Sequence record: PZ445429.1
Direction: 5' to 3' (one strand)
Source of the DNA: a phage
DNA: 64,000 nucleotides
Positions 39,797-49,249 of the stretch are shown in pieces. The notes beneath the pieces were generated by a model, which did no database searches, was not told the origin of the DNA, and saw only the letters and a program-made list of their open reading frames with translations. Numbering within the stretch: the stretch's first letter is position 1; each line of letters begins with the position of its first letter. The position numbers and the translations under genes were made by a program.

Positions 39797-40571
39797 TATT
39801 ATTTTTCTCCAATAGTTCTTTAATCGACAGGATTTCTATCCCATTCGTTTCGGCTTTCTTATAAGATGAGGAAGAACGTTTTGATTCATCCTCACAGATT
39901 AGGTATTTGACGTCTTTGGTAACGGACTTCTTGACCGTATATCCTAGACTTTCTAAATAGTTTGTTGCATCCGTTCGATTTGCAAAGTCTTGCAAAGATC
40001 CGGTAATACAGACCGTGATTCCATTTGGCTGGGCAACTAAATCATCTGTAATGATGATATCAGCTTTAGCACCTCGAATACCAGTTGAGAATTTCCACGG
40101 TAGTTCAATAACATCCTTGCCTTGTGGGGAATTTAGCCAGGTTTTGTAATTTTCTCCAGCCTTGCCGTCAGCCTTCACATCGTGGAAGCTAGTGCAATTT
40201 TGGGACAGTTTCTTTGCTGCAACCTCTCCAATAAGAGGAATTCCTAAAGAACCGAGAACTGAACCAAAGTCAATGTCTCCGCGAACCTTAGTATTTAACT
40301 CGCTAATCAACTTAGCGGCAACCTTGCTACCCACAGCTCCTACCAAATCTTCTTCGGTCAGGTAAAACAGTTCTGAGATCTTAGTCAGCTCCAGCTTCTC
40401 AATAGTTTTCGGGCCAAAGCCCTTTAACTTCATTTTTGTGCAGAAGTTCTCGATTAACTTACTTGATTGCGCTGGACAGTTGGACTTATTCCTACAGAAT
40501 AATTGCCCGTTGACAAGATCTAGCTTAGAACCACAAGAGGGACATTGTGTTGGAATTTCGATTTTCATCAA
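39789..40571 (-). CDS. ligB: NAD-dependent DNA ligase, subunit B (zinc finger / HhH / BRCT part)
   Basis: N-terminal C4 zinc finger (CPSCGS...CRNKSNC), HhH region (KLKGFGPKT), C-terminal BRCT-like segment (ITGSL...YLICED). Confidence 0.75.
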   Translation of the reverse strand: MMKIEIPTQCPSCGSKLDLVNGQLFCRNKSNCPAQSSKLIENFCTKMKLKGFGPKTIEKLELTKISELFYLTEEDLVGAVGSKVAAKLISELNTKVRGDIDFGSVLGSLGIPLIGEVAAKKLSQNCTSFHDVKADGKAGENYKTWLNSPQGKDVIELPWKFSTGIRGAKADIIITDDLVAQPNGITVCITGSLQDFANRTDATNYLESLGYTVKKSVTKDVKYLICEDESKRSSSSYKKAETNGIEILSIKELLEKNNNV

Positions 40572-40591
40572 ATTTCTTCCTTATCAATTTA

Positions 40592-40632
40592 TATAAATAT
40601 TATAGCAAGTATTTAAGCATTTAGCAACTACA
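40592..40632 (-). promoter_or_regulatory. sigma70-type promoter (TTGCTA, 17 nt, TATAAT) for ligB-side operon
   Basis: On - strand: -35 at 40622-40627, -10 at 40599-40604; A-tract upstream. Confidence 0.6.
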
Positions 40633-40770
40633 ATTTTAACTAACTTTGCTTACCCTCGCCATAACTTTCTATCCCTCAACTGAATGATAATAGTATATAC
40701 CTAAGCGGCGAAAATGTCAATAACCACTTTATAATTCCGACATGGTAAACGGGTAGCAAAGGGTTACGAA

Positions 40771-41745
40771 TTAGTCGTATACTCGCTCTACTATACAAGG
40801 GATTACACCACCAGCACGAATCACTCGAATCTGGCAACCGATCTCTAAATCGAGAGCGTTAATATAATCAACGTTATTAAGAGTTGCTTTAACGATTGTG
40901 GCATCATCAATAATCACCGGTTCGAAATAACCAACTGGAGTTACTTTACCAGAAGCCCCTACTTGCCATTCAACTTTAACAAGTGTGGTAATTTCGCCTT
41001 CTTCATCCTCTTTAATAGCAAATGCACCACGAGGAAATTTATTAGTCCAACCTTCACGGAAGAATTTGTTGTTATCATTAATACGAACAACTTTACCATC
41101 TGTCGGAATCCATTTAAAGAAGGAACGAACATTAATAACTGTCAAGAAGTTCTCATTCTCTAGCCAAAGCATATCTTTTAAATAGGCTTCTGTAATACCG
41201 ACTGTTTCCGCTGAACACTGGATACCATATGCAACGAAGATTAAACCACCTTCACCAATACGTTGCATGAAATCATCACTATCTTTTAGGTTAATAGCAC
41301 CAGAAGCATAGTTACGTTTGTTCTCTACTTCTTTAGTAATGAGAACTTCACCAGTGATTTGAGTTGGTACTTTTTGGGAAATAGTTTTGGGGATGTTCAG
41401 CATTTTAACATTATGCGTTACATCATTCCCTAGAATACCGTTACCACGAGTTAACGCTTGAACAAACTCACCATTAATATATAATAGAGAAATCGCACAA
41501 CCATCTAACTTATCAGTTTCAACCTGACCAAGTGGGTTGAATGGAGCTTTATCACCACGATCGTAATAGACTTTCTGCAAAGAATACATACGATACAAAT
41601 GAGGGATATCACCTTTCGGTCCGATTTCTTCCTCTAGTGGGAATCTTTTAATCAGACGATCATATTCTTCATCGGAAATAAGACTCATTCCCTGGTAGTA
41701 CGCTTCTTGACAACGTTTAATAAAGTCTTTTACATTATTCATCAT
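40771..41745 (-). CDS. ligA: NAD-dependent DNA ligase, subunit A (adenylation / OB part)
   Basis: Adenylation-domain KxDG motif (KLDGCAISL), NAD-ligase N-terminal helix (EYDRLIKRF). Confidence 0.75.
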   Translation of the reverse strand: MMNNVKDFIKRCQEAYYQGMSLISDEEYDRLIKRFPLEEEIGPKGDIPHLYRMYSLQKVYYDRGDKAPFNPLGQVETDKLDGCAISLLYINGEFVQALTRGNGILGNDVTHNVKMLNIPKTISQKVPTQITGEVLITKEVENKRNYASGAINLKDSDDFMQRIGEGGLIFVAYGIQCSAETVGITEAYLKDMLWLENENFLTVINVRSFFKWIPTDGKVVRINDNNKFFREGWTNKFPRGAFAIKEDEEGEITTLVKVEWQVGASGKVTPVGYFEPVIIDDATIVKATLNNVDYINALDLEIGCQIRVIRAGGVIPCIVERVYD

Positions 41746-41953
41746 CTGCGATTTCCATTTTGAGTTCTTTACTATACTGTGCAGCCATACCAGCTAAATC
41801 AGCAGCTTCTTTCAACCACGCATCTTTGTACGCTTTCTGGTTTGGAGTGCCGATACTATCCTGGTAATTGATTCTTGCTATGGAGAGCAAATTAAGTTTT
41901 GCTTGAATCTTTGGAAGTGTTATTGTCATTGCCATAATTGATCCTCTCATCAA
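41735..41953 (-). CDS. Hypothetical protein (72 aa)
   Basis: Small ORF with RBS-containing leader downstream of promoter. Confidence 0.45.
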   Translation of the reverse strand: MMRGSIMAMTITLPKIQAKLNLLSIARINYQDSIGTPNQKAYKDAWLKEAADLAGMAAQYSKELKMEIADDE

Positions 41954-41957
41954 TTTA

Positions 41958-41998
41958 TATAAATATTATATATGAAAACTGAGTCGAAAGCAAGTACA
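41958..41998 (-). promoter_or_regulatory. sigma70-type promoter (TTGCTT, 17 nt, TATAAT)
   Basis: On - strand: -35 at 41988-41993, -10 at 41965-41970; conserved leader with GAGAGGA-type RBS. Confidence 0.6.
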
Positions 41999-42020
41999 TT
42001 TATAAAGAAAAAGCCAAGAA

Positions 42021-42329
42021 CTAGACATTCTTGGCTTTGAGTTCTTCAGCTCGTTTCTGTACTTCATGCAAGACCTCTGATTCACTGAGGATTTGCGTAA
42101 AAGCGTAGAATAGCTGTGATGTAGTTTCTAGGGTATAAGGAAAAGAGAAGCCGGATTTCGTTGGAAACCACTCTCCAGTAATATCTTGGAGCCAGTAACG
42201 AATTCCCATGTATAGATTCCCACGAAATTCAGATACGGTTAGTCTTACTTGTTCCCCCTCCTTCTCCCAAAGCATGATGGACTGGTCGTCAACGTGTCCT
42301 TCATAGTTTTGATTTACCTGATCGCTCAT
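42021..42329 (-). CDS. Hypothetical protein (102 aa)
   Basis: ORF with flanking hairpin; no recognisable motifs. Confidence 0.45.
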   Translation of the reverse strand: MSDQVNQNYEGHVDDQSIMLWEKEGEQVRLTVSEFRGNLYMGIRYWLQDITGEWFPTKSGFSFPYTLETTSQLFYAFTQILSESEVLHEVQKRAEELKAKNV

Positions 42330-42344
42330 TTACATATCCCAAAT

Positions 42345-42370
42345 ACACAAAAAGCCCCATATAGGGGCTA
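42345..42370 (-). terminator. Rho-independent terminator
   Basis: Hairpin agcccc-atata-ggggct with A-run on + strand (U-run on - strand). Confidence 0.6.
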
Positions 42371-42379
42371 ATTGGTTTC

Positions 42380-42676
42380 TTATCGGCCTACTGGAGAAGC
42401 ACGATCTAACTCTGACTGGAGGCTCGTCACACGGCGAACTTTCGCAACAGGAATGAAACGGAAGCTATCATTAGTACGAGAGAAAACGAGGATTTCATCT
42501 TCTTTCGGCTTACGGATGCGCTCACGTTTAATACGCTCAGCCAGGTATTTATCCTGAGCTGGATCAAATTCCATCGTACCCTGAAGGTACGTGGTTCCTT
42601 TCTGACGAAGTTTTTCGTAATGAAGATAAAACTCACCAAATTTTTCGCATTGAGCAATAATTTCAGCTTTATTCAT
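42380..42676 (-). CDS. Hypothetical protein (98 aa)
   Basis: ORF between terminator and upstream gene. Confidence 0.45.
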   Translation of the reverse strand: MNKAEIIAQCEKFGEFYLHYEKLRQKGTTYLQGTMEFDPAQDKYLAERIKRERIRKPKEDEILVFSRTNDSFRFIPVAKVRRVTSLQSELDRASPVGR

Positions 42677-42712
42677 AACTGTATTCCTTGTGTTGGTGGA
42701 TTTATCTAAGAA

Positions 42713-43123
42713 TTACTTAGTGATAGCTCGGATAGCTTCTGCCAGATGAGCAGCTGCTTTACCGGTCAGCTTGTCGATGATTGCGTCGTCCAGGAAGTCC
42801 GGGGCTAAGCCAGCATCAGAGAATGCAGAGCGAAGATCGGAGTGAGCCTGAGCTTTGGAAGTACGAGAACCACCAGAAGCTTTTTCTCCAGTAGATGCGC
42901 TTGATTTAGAAGTAGAGCCAGCAGCTTTCTTGATATACAGACCTGCTTTGGTCAGCTTCATACGGAAACCGTTCGGAGTTACACCATTTTCCTGAGCAAT
43001 TTCGCTAACAATTTCCATGCTAACGCCCGGACGCTCATCTTCTGGGAATTGCTCCATACGAGCAACGTAGTCGGAAGACATTTTTTCGAACAGTTCATCA
43101 GTCCACTGAGTTGGAGTAGTCAT
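42713..43123 (-). CDS. Hypothetical protein with HTH-like module resembling D5-like repeats (136 aa)
   Basis: Segment VSMEIVSEIAQENGVTPNGFRMKLTKAGL resembles the repeats of the 39029-39796 protein; Ser/Ala-rich linker. Confidence 0.45.
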   Translation of the reverse strand: MTTPTQWTDELFEKMSSDYVARMEQFPEDERPGVSMEIVSEIAQENGVTPNGFRMKLTKAGLYIKKAAGSTSKSSASTGEKASGGSRTSKAQAHSDLRSAFSDAGLAPDFLDDAIIDKLTGKAAAHLAEAIRAITK

Positions 43124-43230
43124 ATTTTTCGATTTCCTTAATTAAGAATTAAACAGAATAGTTCTTTCAAACTATGAGAATATTATATCAAGAATTACAG
43201 GATTAAGCAACTGAAATTTTTCAGTAACTG

Positions 43231-43485
43231 CTACACATCTAGTTCAACGATCTCCCAATCGTCGGCCAGAGCTTCGTCTAGAGTTAGCTCAGTGGTTTTC
43301 CACGATGCATCGTCTAGCGTGAGTTTAGTACGCCCATCTTTAGACCACCACCAAGTAAATTCTATAATGTCGTTATTATCAACATCTACTTTGATGATAG
43401 TGGTAGAATAAGTATTATTTTCCCAGCTATCTCGCTGGAGATATTTTACGTCTCCAGCTTTTAACAGATCAGTTAGTTTACTCAC
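43231..43485 (-). CDS. Hypothetical protein (84 aa)
   Basis: Small acidic ORF. Confidence 0.4.
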   Translation of the reverse strand: MSKLTDLLKAGDVKYLQRDSWENNTYSTTIIKVDVDNNDIIEFTWWWSKDGRTKLTLDDASWKTTELTLDEALADDWEIVELDV

Positions 43486-44182
43486 GGCGTTTTCCTTTCT
43501 CTTTATCGAGTTTCAGTGCAGCTTTAACAGCTTCATTAACCAACGTGATAACTTCTTCACGGCTCCATTTAAAGCCAAGAGCTTTAACATCAACTCCCAG
43601 CTTTTCCAGATGTTTAACAGAAGCTAATTCGTAGTGCATATAGTGAACGTTCTGTTGTTTACCTTCTGATAACAACCAAACACGATAGCAACCAACTGGG
43701 TTAGTCATTGCTTTCTTGATTTCACCAATACACTGATAGCCAGGAACCCAAACAAGTTCACCAACTTCAAATTCCTCTGCCATTGCATCATCAGGAATCA
43801 ATGGAGGATTCAATGGATCAACAATATCATTTAAACGAAGCAGAGCACCGTAACGTTCTAGAACAGATTTAATCATCGCTACAGAACGATAATTACGATC
43901 AGCGATTTCTTCAAAAGAATCACCAGAAAGATACTGTTCAATTACGTTTGCAAGCTCAACACCTTCAATCAGTGTTCCGCGCTTCTTCTTTTTCATTTCC
44001 GCAACTTGAACCTGACGATCTCTCCATTCCTCGATCATTCGTTCCATAGTTGGGTTAGAAGAAACGCCGAGCATTTCACATGCTGCTTTCTTAGTACCAC
44101 CATTCTCTAGATGTTCAATAACCTTTTTAAAGGTTTCATCAGGGATTTCATGGATAAGTTTCTTTCTACGAGAACCAGCCAT
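43478..44182 (-). CDS. Hypothetical protein with HTH-like segments (234 aa)
   Basis: HTH-like GGTKKAACEMLGVS near N-terminus; basic C-terminus. Confidence 0.45.
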   Translation of the reverse strand: MAGSRRKKLIHEIPDETFKKVIEHLENGGTKKAACEMLGVSSNPTMERMIEEWRDRQVQVAEMKKKKRGTLIEGVELANVIEQYLSGDSFEEIADRNYRSVAMIKSVLERYGALLRLNDIVDPLNPPLIPDDAMAEEFEVGELVWVPGYQCIGEIKKAMTNPVGCYRVWLLSEGKQQNVHYMHYELASVKHLEKLGVDVKALGFKWSREEVITLVNEAVKAALKLDKEKGKRRE

Positions 44183-44206
44183 ATTTAAACTCCTCTCTCA
44201 AATTTA

Positions 44207-44247
44207 TGAATCTATTATACAGAAAAATTTTTCTGAAAGCAAATAAA
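44207..44247 (-). promoter_or_regulatory. sigma70-type promoter (TTGCTT, 17 nt, TATAAT)
   Basis: On - strand: -35 at 44237-44242, -10 at 44214-44219; leader with GAGAGAGGAG RBS before ATG 44182. Confidence 0.6.
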
Positions 44248-44250
44248 TTT

Positions 44251-44484
44251 TTACGATTCTTTGAGCAAAGAAGCAAGTTCAGCATAGACTTTATCTAACT
44301 CAAAGCCAATGCGAAGAGACACACGAGTCTTCCGTTGTTTAAGTAACCATATGGAGACGTTAGGGATGCCAGCGAGACGAGGTGGTACAACCCTACATAG
44401 TTTCTCCGCAGTATCGTAAACAGAAGTTTTACGTTCTTTTACGGGAAACTTCCTTGTTTCCCACTTTTTATTCTTCGCTGTCAT
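44251..44484 (-). CDS. Hypothetical basic protein (about 77 aa from internal Met)
   Basis: ORF overlapping the 3' end of the large helicase gene; start placed at MTAKNKK. Confidence 0.35.
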   Translation of the reverse strand: MTAKNKKWETRKFPVKERKTSVYDTAEKLCRVVPPRLAGIPNVSIWLLKQRKTRVSLRIGFELDKVYAELASLLKES

Positions 44485-47380
44485 TTCTAGCCCCCAATTC
44501 AGCAAGAGCTTCCTCATGCATCTGACGTTCTTCATCTGTCATAAACTTAACTGGAATCGGCATACATTCGATCTTACAGTAAGTTCTGTACCAGTCCACA
44601 ATCTTTTCCGTATCCAGATCTTTACCGATACCCATCATGCCAAGATACATACGAGCATATTTTGGGTTAGCGCTCTGACCTGTCTTAAGGAAGAAATCCT
44701 TCTTCTTATTCTTAAGAGCTTCGATAAACGGTTTGATTGTTACGTTTGAACACTTTTTAATATCTTCCCAGAACATGTCGTGCATCTTATGGAAGAATGC
44801 AGCTCTATCGTTTGGTTTATCCTTAATATACTGTTCAACGTGTTCCACTATTACATCTTTAATAGAATCCAGATGATAATAGCGAACCAGAAGTAACTTG
44901 GCTTCATAGGCATCTGCATGACGTGGTGCGCAATATTCAGGAGTTGAGTGCAAAATAGCTTTGATTCGCTCTTCTATATACTCTTTGCCTGCACCTTCGA
45001 TAGTTCCCCAGCTTTCGCTGAAAATATCGATAGTTGCACCCTGATCAAGCAGATAATAACGCAAAGTACTAGTATAGTTTCTAGATTCCAGCTCACGACG
45101 ACGTGCGTACAGTTGTTGGGCTAACTCAATCCAACCTTCGTCAATATTATATTGCTCGGAACCCGCAGAAAATCCACTCGTAGATTTATCAATAAAATAA
45201 TAAATGTTCTGAGCACCACGGTCGCGCCTGATTGCTTGGAAACGCATGTTTGGCGCTTGGTTTGAGGTTCTAGTGATTACGAATACGTTATCAAAATAGT
45301 TAAAGTCAACACCACTAGTTACAGATGGACTACATAACAAACAATCAATCTGTTGATCAATTAGCTCATTAGTTGTATAATCCAGAATACGTCGGATATC
45401 TATATCAGACGTAGAGTTTGAGTGAATTTCTTTAACCAACGCACCAGTATTACGACGTAACGCCATTCCCTTTTCATTCAGTTCATCTGGTCCACAGTCA
45501 GATACTAGGATTGACTTCTCACCCATCTCTAGAGATGTTTGAAGTGCAACCCAAATACTGGATTCGTCAGGGAATTCATAAGCGTGAGCTTTCGCCAGCA
45601 TTTTACGGTGATGATTATAGAATGCAACTGGTTTATCAAAATCAATCAAAGAACCATAGGCTTCAATCGTTTCTGCACTGATATCACCATCAGATAAGAT
45701 AACAGTTTTAGCAGTAATAAGGATATCACGAAGAACCTGAATACATTCACGACGGTTTTTAACAACCGGAGCGAATAACAGATCATTCATTACTGCGTCA
45801 CATTCATCAATAAAGATCGTATCAATCTGACCCACAAAGCTCTTGAACTTATGGATAGAGTGAATAGTTGAAGACATACGATCAATAGCACCACGTTTGA
45901 AGTTCAGCATATCAACTGACTTATCATACTGGCCAGCACCGAATTTCTTCGCGTTAGAAGATACAAGTGCCCTAGTATTTGTGATTGCAATAAAGTTTCC
46001 TGGAAGAACACCTGCATCTAGCCACTTAGTTACTGCTGTAGTTTTACCCGTACCAAGACTTGCCTTAACAAATGTTAAATGTCCTTTTGGGGGTACAATG
46101 TTAATTTTCAGGTACGGAACTTCTGGTGGAGAATCTGTGTCTAGACGTTTTAATGGTACACCTTTTAAGTTTGGTGGAATCTCACGTTTGGAGTTATTTA
46201 CAAAGGCTTTGAGAGCCTGCTTACGACCATTATTAAAGTAATCTTGAATATTACGACTATTATCTTTAGTCGCAATATACTCAGATAAAGCTGGTTTAAT
46301 CTCACGTTCTAACCACGTAAAGTCAACACCATCTTCTAACGCTCTGTGATAAAGTTTTGGGATAATACGCAGGTACACTCCATCCTCAGCTTCTTCTAGT
46401 TCGCTGATGGTTTCTTCCACTTTATCAGATGCAGCCTTCTTGCCTTTAATTTGATCAAGTAAGGAGTAGAACTCTTCTTTAAACTCACCTCTAGTTGTTT
46501 CAAAGTCAACTAGGTTATTAGGTAGATTCACCTTCGAACCCTTAACATATACAAGACGTGGTTTATTCTCCGCTTTAAACGGATCGACTATATCATCATC
46601 AAATAAGGGATCTGCGAAATAGTGAAGCTGAACAGAAGAATAATAAGCTAAGTCAGCAATATCAAAACCATACTTTTGCTTACTACTGTCATTGATAGAT
46701 GTAAATAAGAACTTTAACTGTCCCTGCGTTACCTTGACATTAGATTCTAGCATTAAGTGCATTCGGATACCTGGTTTTAATCCAGCCGAAGACGATGCAT
46801 GGGCAATAAACCCTGCATCAAGAGGAAACATATCCTCACTAATACTATTCAACATCTTAATAATATGACGTGCCATGCCAACAAGATTAAACTTGTCATA
46901 GCCACCAGTATCTACAATACCATCCACGTCCATAGCAATAATATGACTAGGATTGGATACATTAAAGTTTCCTCTGGTACGACGCACATTATCTTTTGGA
47001 GCTAAACATTTACCACGAATAGCTACAATATGCGGGTCTTTGGTAAGACGACGCATGATAGGTAACATTTCAGCAAGGTTTTGCGGGTCAAGTTCTTCAA
47101 GTACATCAAATTTGAAGGGCATGGAAGCTGGTTTACCTTCTGGATGCTCTTTAGAGAATCGCTTTGCAAAGGTGTAATCTTCCACTTTGATCTCTTTCCA
47201 GATGCCAGTGGCTTTATCTCTGGAAAATCCTGCGTGACCTTGTAGGATTGAGAACACAACAATACTCCTATGTTGGTTATTCGGATATCTTTCTTTAGGA
47301 CTATTCAAAAGAATAGAACAACTATTACTACCATTTACACAAACATTAATCATCATCAAGCAGTATGAATAAGTTATCAT
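44468..47380 (-). CDS. Large SF2 helicase-like protein, origin-binding-protein-like (970 aa; true start uncertain)
   Basis: Walker A SLGTGKTT and DExD-like FIDECD in the central region; N-terminal about 50 aa Cys-rich and atypical, so the real start may lie downstream. Confidence 0.6.
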   Translation of the reverse strand: MITYSYCLMMINVCVNGSNSCSILLNSPKERYPNNQHRSIVVFSILQGHAGFSRDKATGIWKEIKVEDYTFAKRFSKEHPEGKPASMPFKFDVLEELDPQNLAEMLPIMRRLTKDPHIVAIRGKCLAPKDNVRRTRGNFNVSNPSHIIAMDVDGIVDTGGYDKFNLVGMARHIIKMLNSISEDMFPLDAGFIAHASSSAGLKPGIRMHLMLESNVKVTQGQLKFLFTSINDSSKQKYGFDIADLAYYSSVQLHYFADPLFDDDIVDPFKAENKPRLVYVKGSKVNLPNNLVDFETTRGEFKEEFYSLLDQIKGKKAASDKVEETISELEEAEDGVYLRIIPKLYHRALEDGVDFTWLEREIKPALSEYIATKDNSRNIQDYFNNGRKQALKAFVNNSKREIPPNLKGVPLKRLDTDSPPEVPYLKINIVPPKGHLTFVKASLGTGKTTAVTKWLDAGVLPGNFIAITNTRALVSSNAKKFGAGQYDKSVDMLNFKRGAIDRMSSTIHSIHKFKSFVGQIDTIFIDECDAVMNDLLFAPVVKNRRECIQVLRDILITAKTVILSDGDISAETIEAYGSLIDFDKPVAFYNHHRKMLAKAHAYEFPDESSIWVALQTSLEMGEKSILVSDCGPDELNEKGMALRRNTGALVKEIHSNSTSDIDIRRILDYTTNELIDQQIDCLLCSPSVTSGVDFNYFDNVFVITRTSNQAPNMRFQAIRRDRGAQNIYYFIDKSTSGFSAGSEQYNIDEGWIELAQQLYARRRELESRNYTSTLRYYLLDQGATIDIFSESWGTIEGAGKEYIEERIKAILHSTPEYCAPRHADAYEAKLLLVRYYHLDSIKDVIVEHVEQYIKDKPNDRAAFFHKMHDMFWEDIKKCSNVTIKPFIEALKNKKKDFFLKTGQSANPKYARMYLGMMGIGKDLDTEKIVDWYRTYCKIECMPIPVKFMTDEERQMHEEALAELGARNDSEE

Positions 47381-47746
47381 ACCTCAGTGCTGCGCTCTCT
47401 TAACTCTTATCCAGATCAGAACCTAGGTCATTGGCCGCTAAGCCGATTCTGATTGCCCTCACTATCCTATTGGTAGGTGGCTACTGGACGTGTCACCATT
47501 CGCTGCTCTTTTCGTTCGCACCCCCATATAAAACTCTGCCTATATAACGAGCTAAATATGCACGGTTTGGATTTACCTTTCCGAATTCAGGGTACGCAGA
47601 TCACTTAATTGATAATTAACTAATGCAGTATAAACACTAGTAATAGTTAAAACAACCCTTAATGGGGCAGCCTAACTGTTCCGTATTGCGGATTGTAAAC
47701 AAGAAAAATTAGCAAAATCAATTTTTACTAATGTCTCTCAATTCAA

Positions 47747-47787
47747 TATAAATATTATATCAAGATTTTGAGCATCCTGCAAGTAAA
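47747..47787 (-). promoter_or_regulatory. sigma70-type promoter (TTGCAG, 17 nt, TATAAT) about 370 nt upstream of the helicase-like gene
   Basis: On - strand: -35 at 47777-47782, -10 at 47754-47759; A-tract upstream. Confidence 0.5.
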
Positions 47788-47873
47788 ATTTTTCCGAAGG
47801 TGCTATCAGTGTCTTTGAGCACAGAGAAAACCGAGCCAAAATGACTCGGTAATCAGGATTGGACTAATGAAAA

Positions 47874-48269
47874 TCAATCATCATTTAGGCCTGGAACATA
47901 GATCCCAATGCGATTTAATTTACCTTTAGCTTCTTCGAGAATATCTTCGGTGTACTCCCAAATATCATCTTCTACTTGCAAAAGATAAGGGGATTCACCA
48001 GTTTCGGGGTCACGTGTAATGGCTAAGCCACGTGGATGGAATATAGAGAAGTTGAGGGCAACAATCAAGCCCATACTGGACAATTCATTCCAGTCAGCTT
48101 CCCAACCATCATCTTCATCTTCGTCCACAAAGACACCTACACTAGGGTCTGTTACAGAAGTAAACGGAAATGTTACACTAACCTTGTCAACCCCCAACCA
48201 ACGTGCAAGGAGCCCTTCAGCACGCTCTACCAAACTAGGATCTATCTGACGCCAAAATACTTGTTCCAT
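47874..48269 (-). CDS. Hypothetical acidic protein, paralog B of tandem pair (131 aa)
   Basis: Shares motifs with adjacent ORF (WNELSSMGLIVALN, ETGESPYLLQV, IGIYVPGL). Confidence 0.55.
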   Translation of the reverse strand: MEQVFWRQIDPSLVERAEGLLARWLGVDKVSVTFPFTSVTDPSVGVFVDEDEDDGWEADWNELSSMGLIVALNFSIFHPRGLAITRDPETGESPYLLQVEDDIWEYTEDILEEAKGKLNRIGIYVPGLNDD

Positions 48270-48278
48270 TCTGCCTCC

Positions 48279-48707
48279 TTAAGCAGTTAAACCTGGGATC
48301 ATATACCCTAAACGACGAAGTTTCTGAATCCCCTCATTTACTTCTTCGGGCGAATATGACCAGCCCTCACGTTCATTTACCTGGAAAGCAGGAGCTTCAC
48401 CAGTGCGATAGTTTACAATAAGACGGTGATTTGCAGGCATAAACAGCTTATGGTTCAAGGCAAAAACCAGACCCATTTCATCGAGTTCTTTCCAGTCTAC
48501 AATTTCTTCTACTCCCTCACCTAAATCCACGCTAACTCCAATACATGGAGCTTCCTCTAGTGGGCCTTTAAAGGATAGGAAGATATCGTTATTCTCACAC
48601 CAAATCTTAAGCAGATTGATGGTTTCATTATACATACCATTAGGGAGAGAACGCCAGAAGTTGAGGAGCATAGGGTTTACCTCTTTCATGAAAAGATTAT
48701 CGAACAT
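48279..48707 (-). CDS. Hypothetical acidic protein, paralog A of tandem pair (142 aa)
   Basis: Shares motifs with adjacent ORF (WKELDEMGLVFALN, RTGEAPAFQV, LGYMIPGL). Confidence 0.55.
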   Translation of the reverse strand: MFDNLFMKEVNPMLLNFWRSLPNGMYNETINLLKIWCENNDIFLSFKGPLEEAPCIGVSVDLGEGVEEIVDWKELDEMGLVFALNHKLFMPANHRLIVNYRTGEAPAFQVNEREGWSYSPEEVNEGIQKLRRLGYMIPGLTA

Positions 48708-48709
48708 AT

Positions 48710-49249
48710 TTACACCTTAAGTTTCTGAAGAGCCTTACACATTTCAAGATCTGGACTAAACTCCAGCATATAGCTGATAGCATTTAAATCTTGAAGGTTT
48801 ATTCCAGTCCTGCCATTTACAATAACAGTAGGGAATTGGTACATCATAGCACCAGCATCATCTAGGACACACCAATGCTTGAGCTTATATTTTTCGACGA
48901 AACGTAAAACAGAATTACCCCGAGATAAACCACCTCCAGTAAAATCTGTTGTACCAAGGAAACGATCGATCAAACCGAGTCCGGTCATAATCTGAACGTT
49001 CTCCATTTCATTTCGTACAGAAAACCATGAAGAGACCCCAACAATCATTATTGGGGAGGGTTTAAGAAAGTTCTGAAAAGCCTGGAGTAATGGCTTATAA
49101 ACCCAATCACTGCCAAAGAACAGCTTTTCACTGTCTGGAGCATGATGGTGAGAGATGCTCGAATTGAGCACCCCATCAATATCCAGGAAAATCACAGGAG
49201 TATTACTTATTTCCACTAGTAGCATCCCACGTCCAGACTTTAACTTCAT
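48710..49249 (-). CDS. HAD-superfamily phosphatase-like protein (possible nucleotidase)
   Basis: HAD motif I FLDIDGVL near N-terminus; alternative start at Met 49225. Confidence 0.55.
   Translation of the reverse strand: MKLKSGRGMLLVEISNTPVIFLDIDGVLNSSISHHHAPDSEKLFFGSDWVYKPLLQAFQNFLKPSPIMIVGVSSWFSVRNEMENVQIMTGLGLIDRFLGTTDFTGGGLSRGNSVLRFVEKYKLKHWCVLDDAGAMMYQFPTVIVNGRTGINLQDLNAISYMLEFSPDLEMCKALQKLKV

Noticed and set aside
47381-47873. Possible tRNA or tmRNA in the non-coding tract
   Set aside because: No GTTCRANYC T-loop motif and no acceptor-stem or CCA arrangement found on either strand by eye; cannot be excluded without a covariance-model scan.
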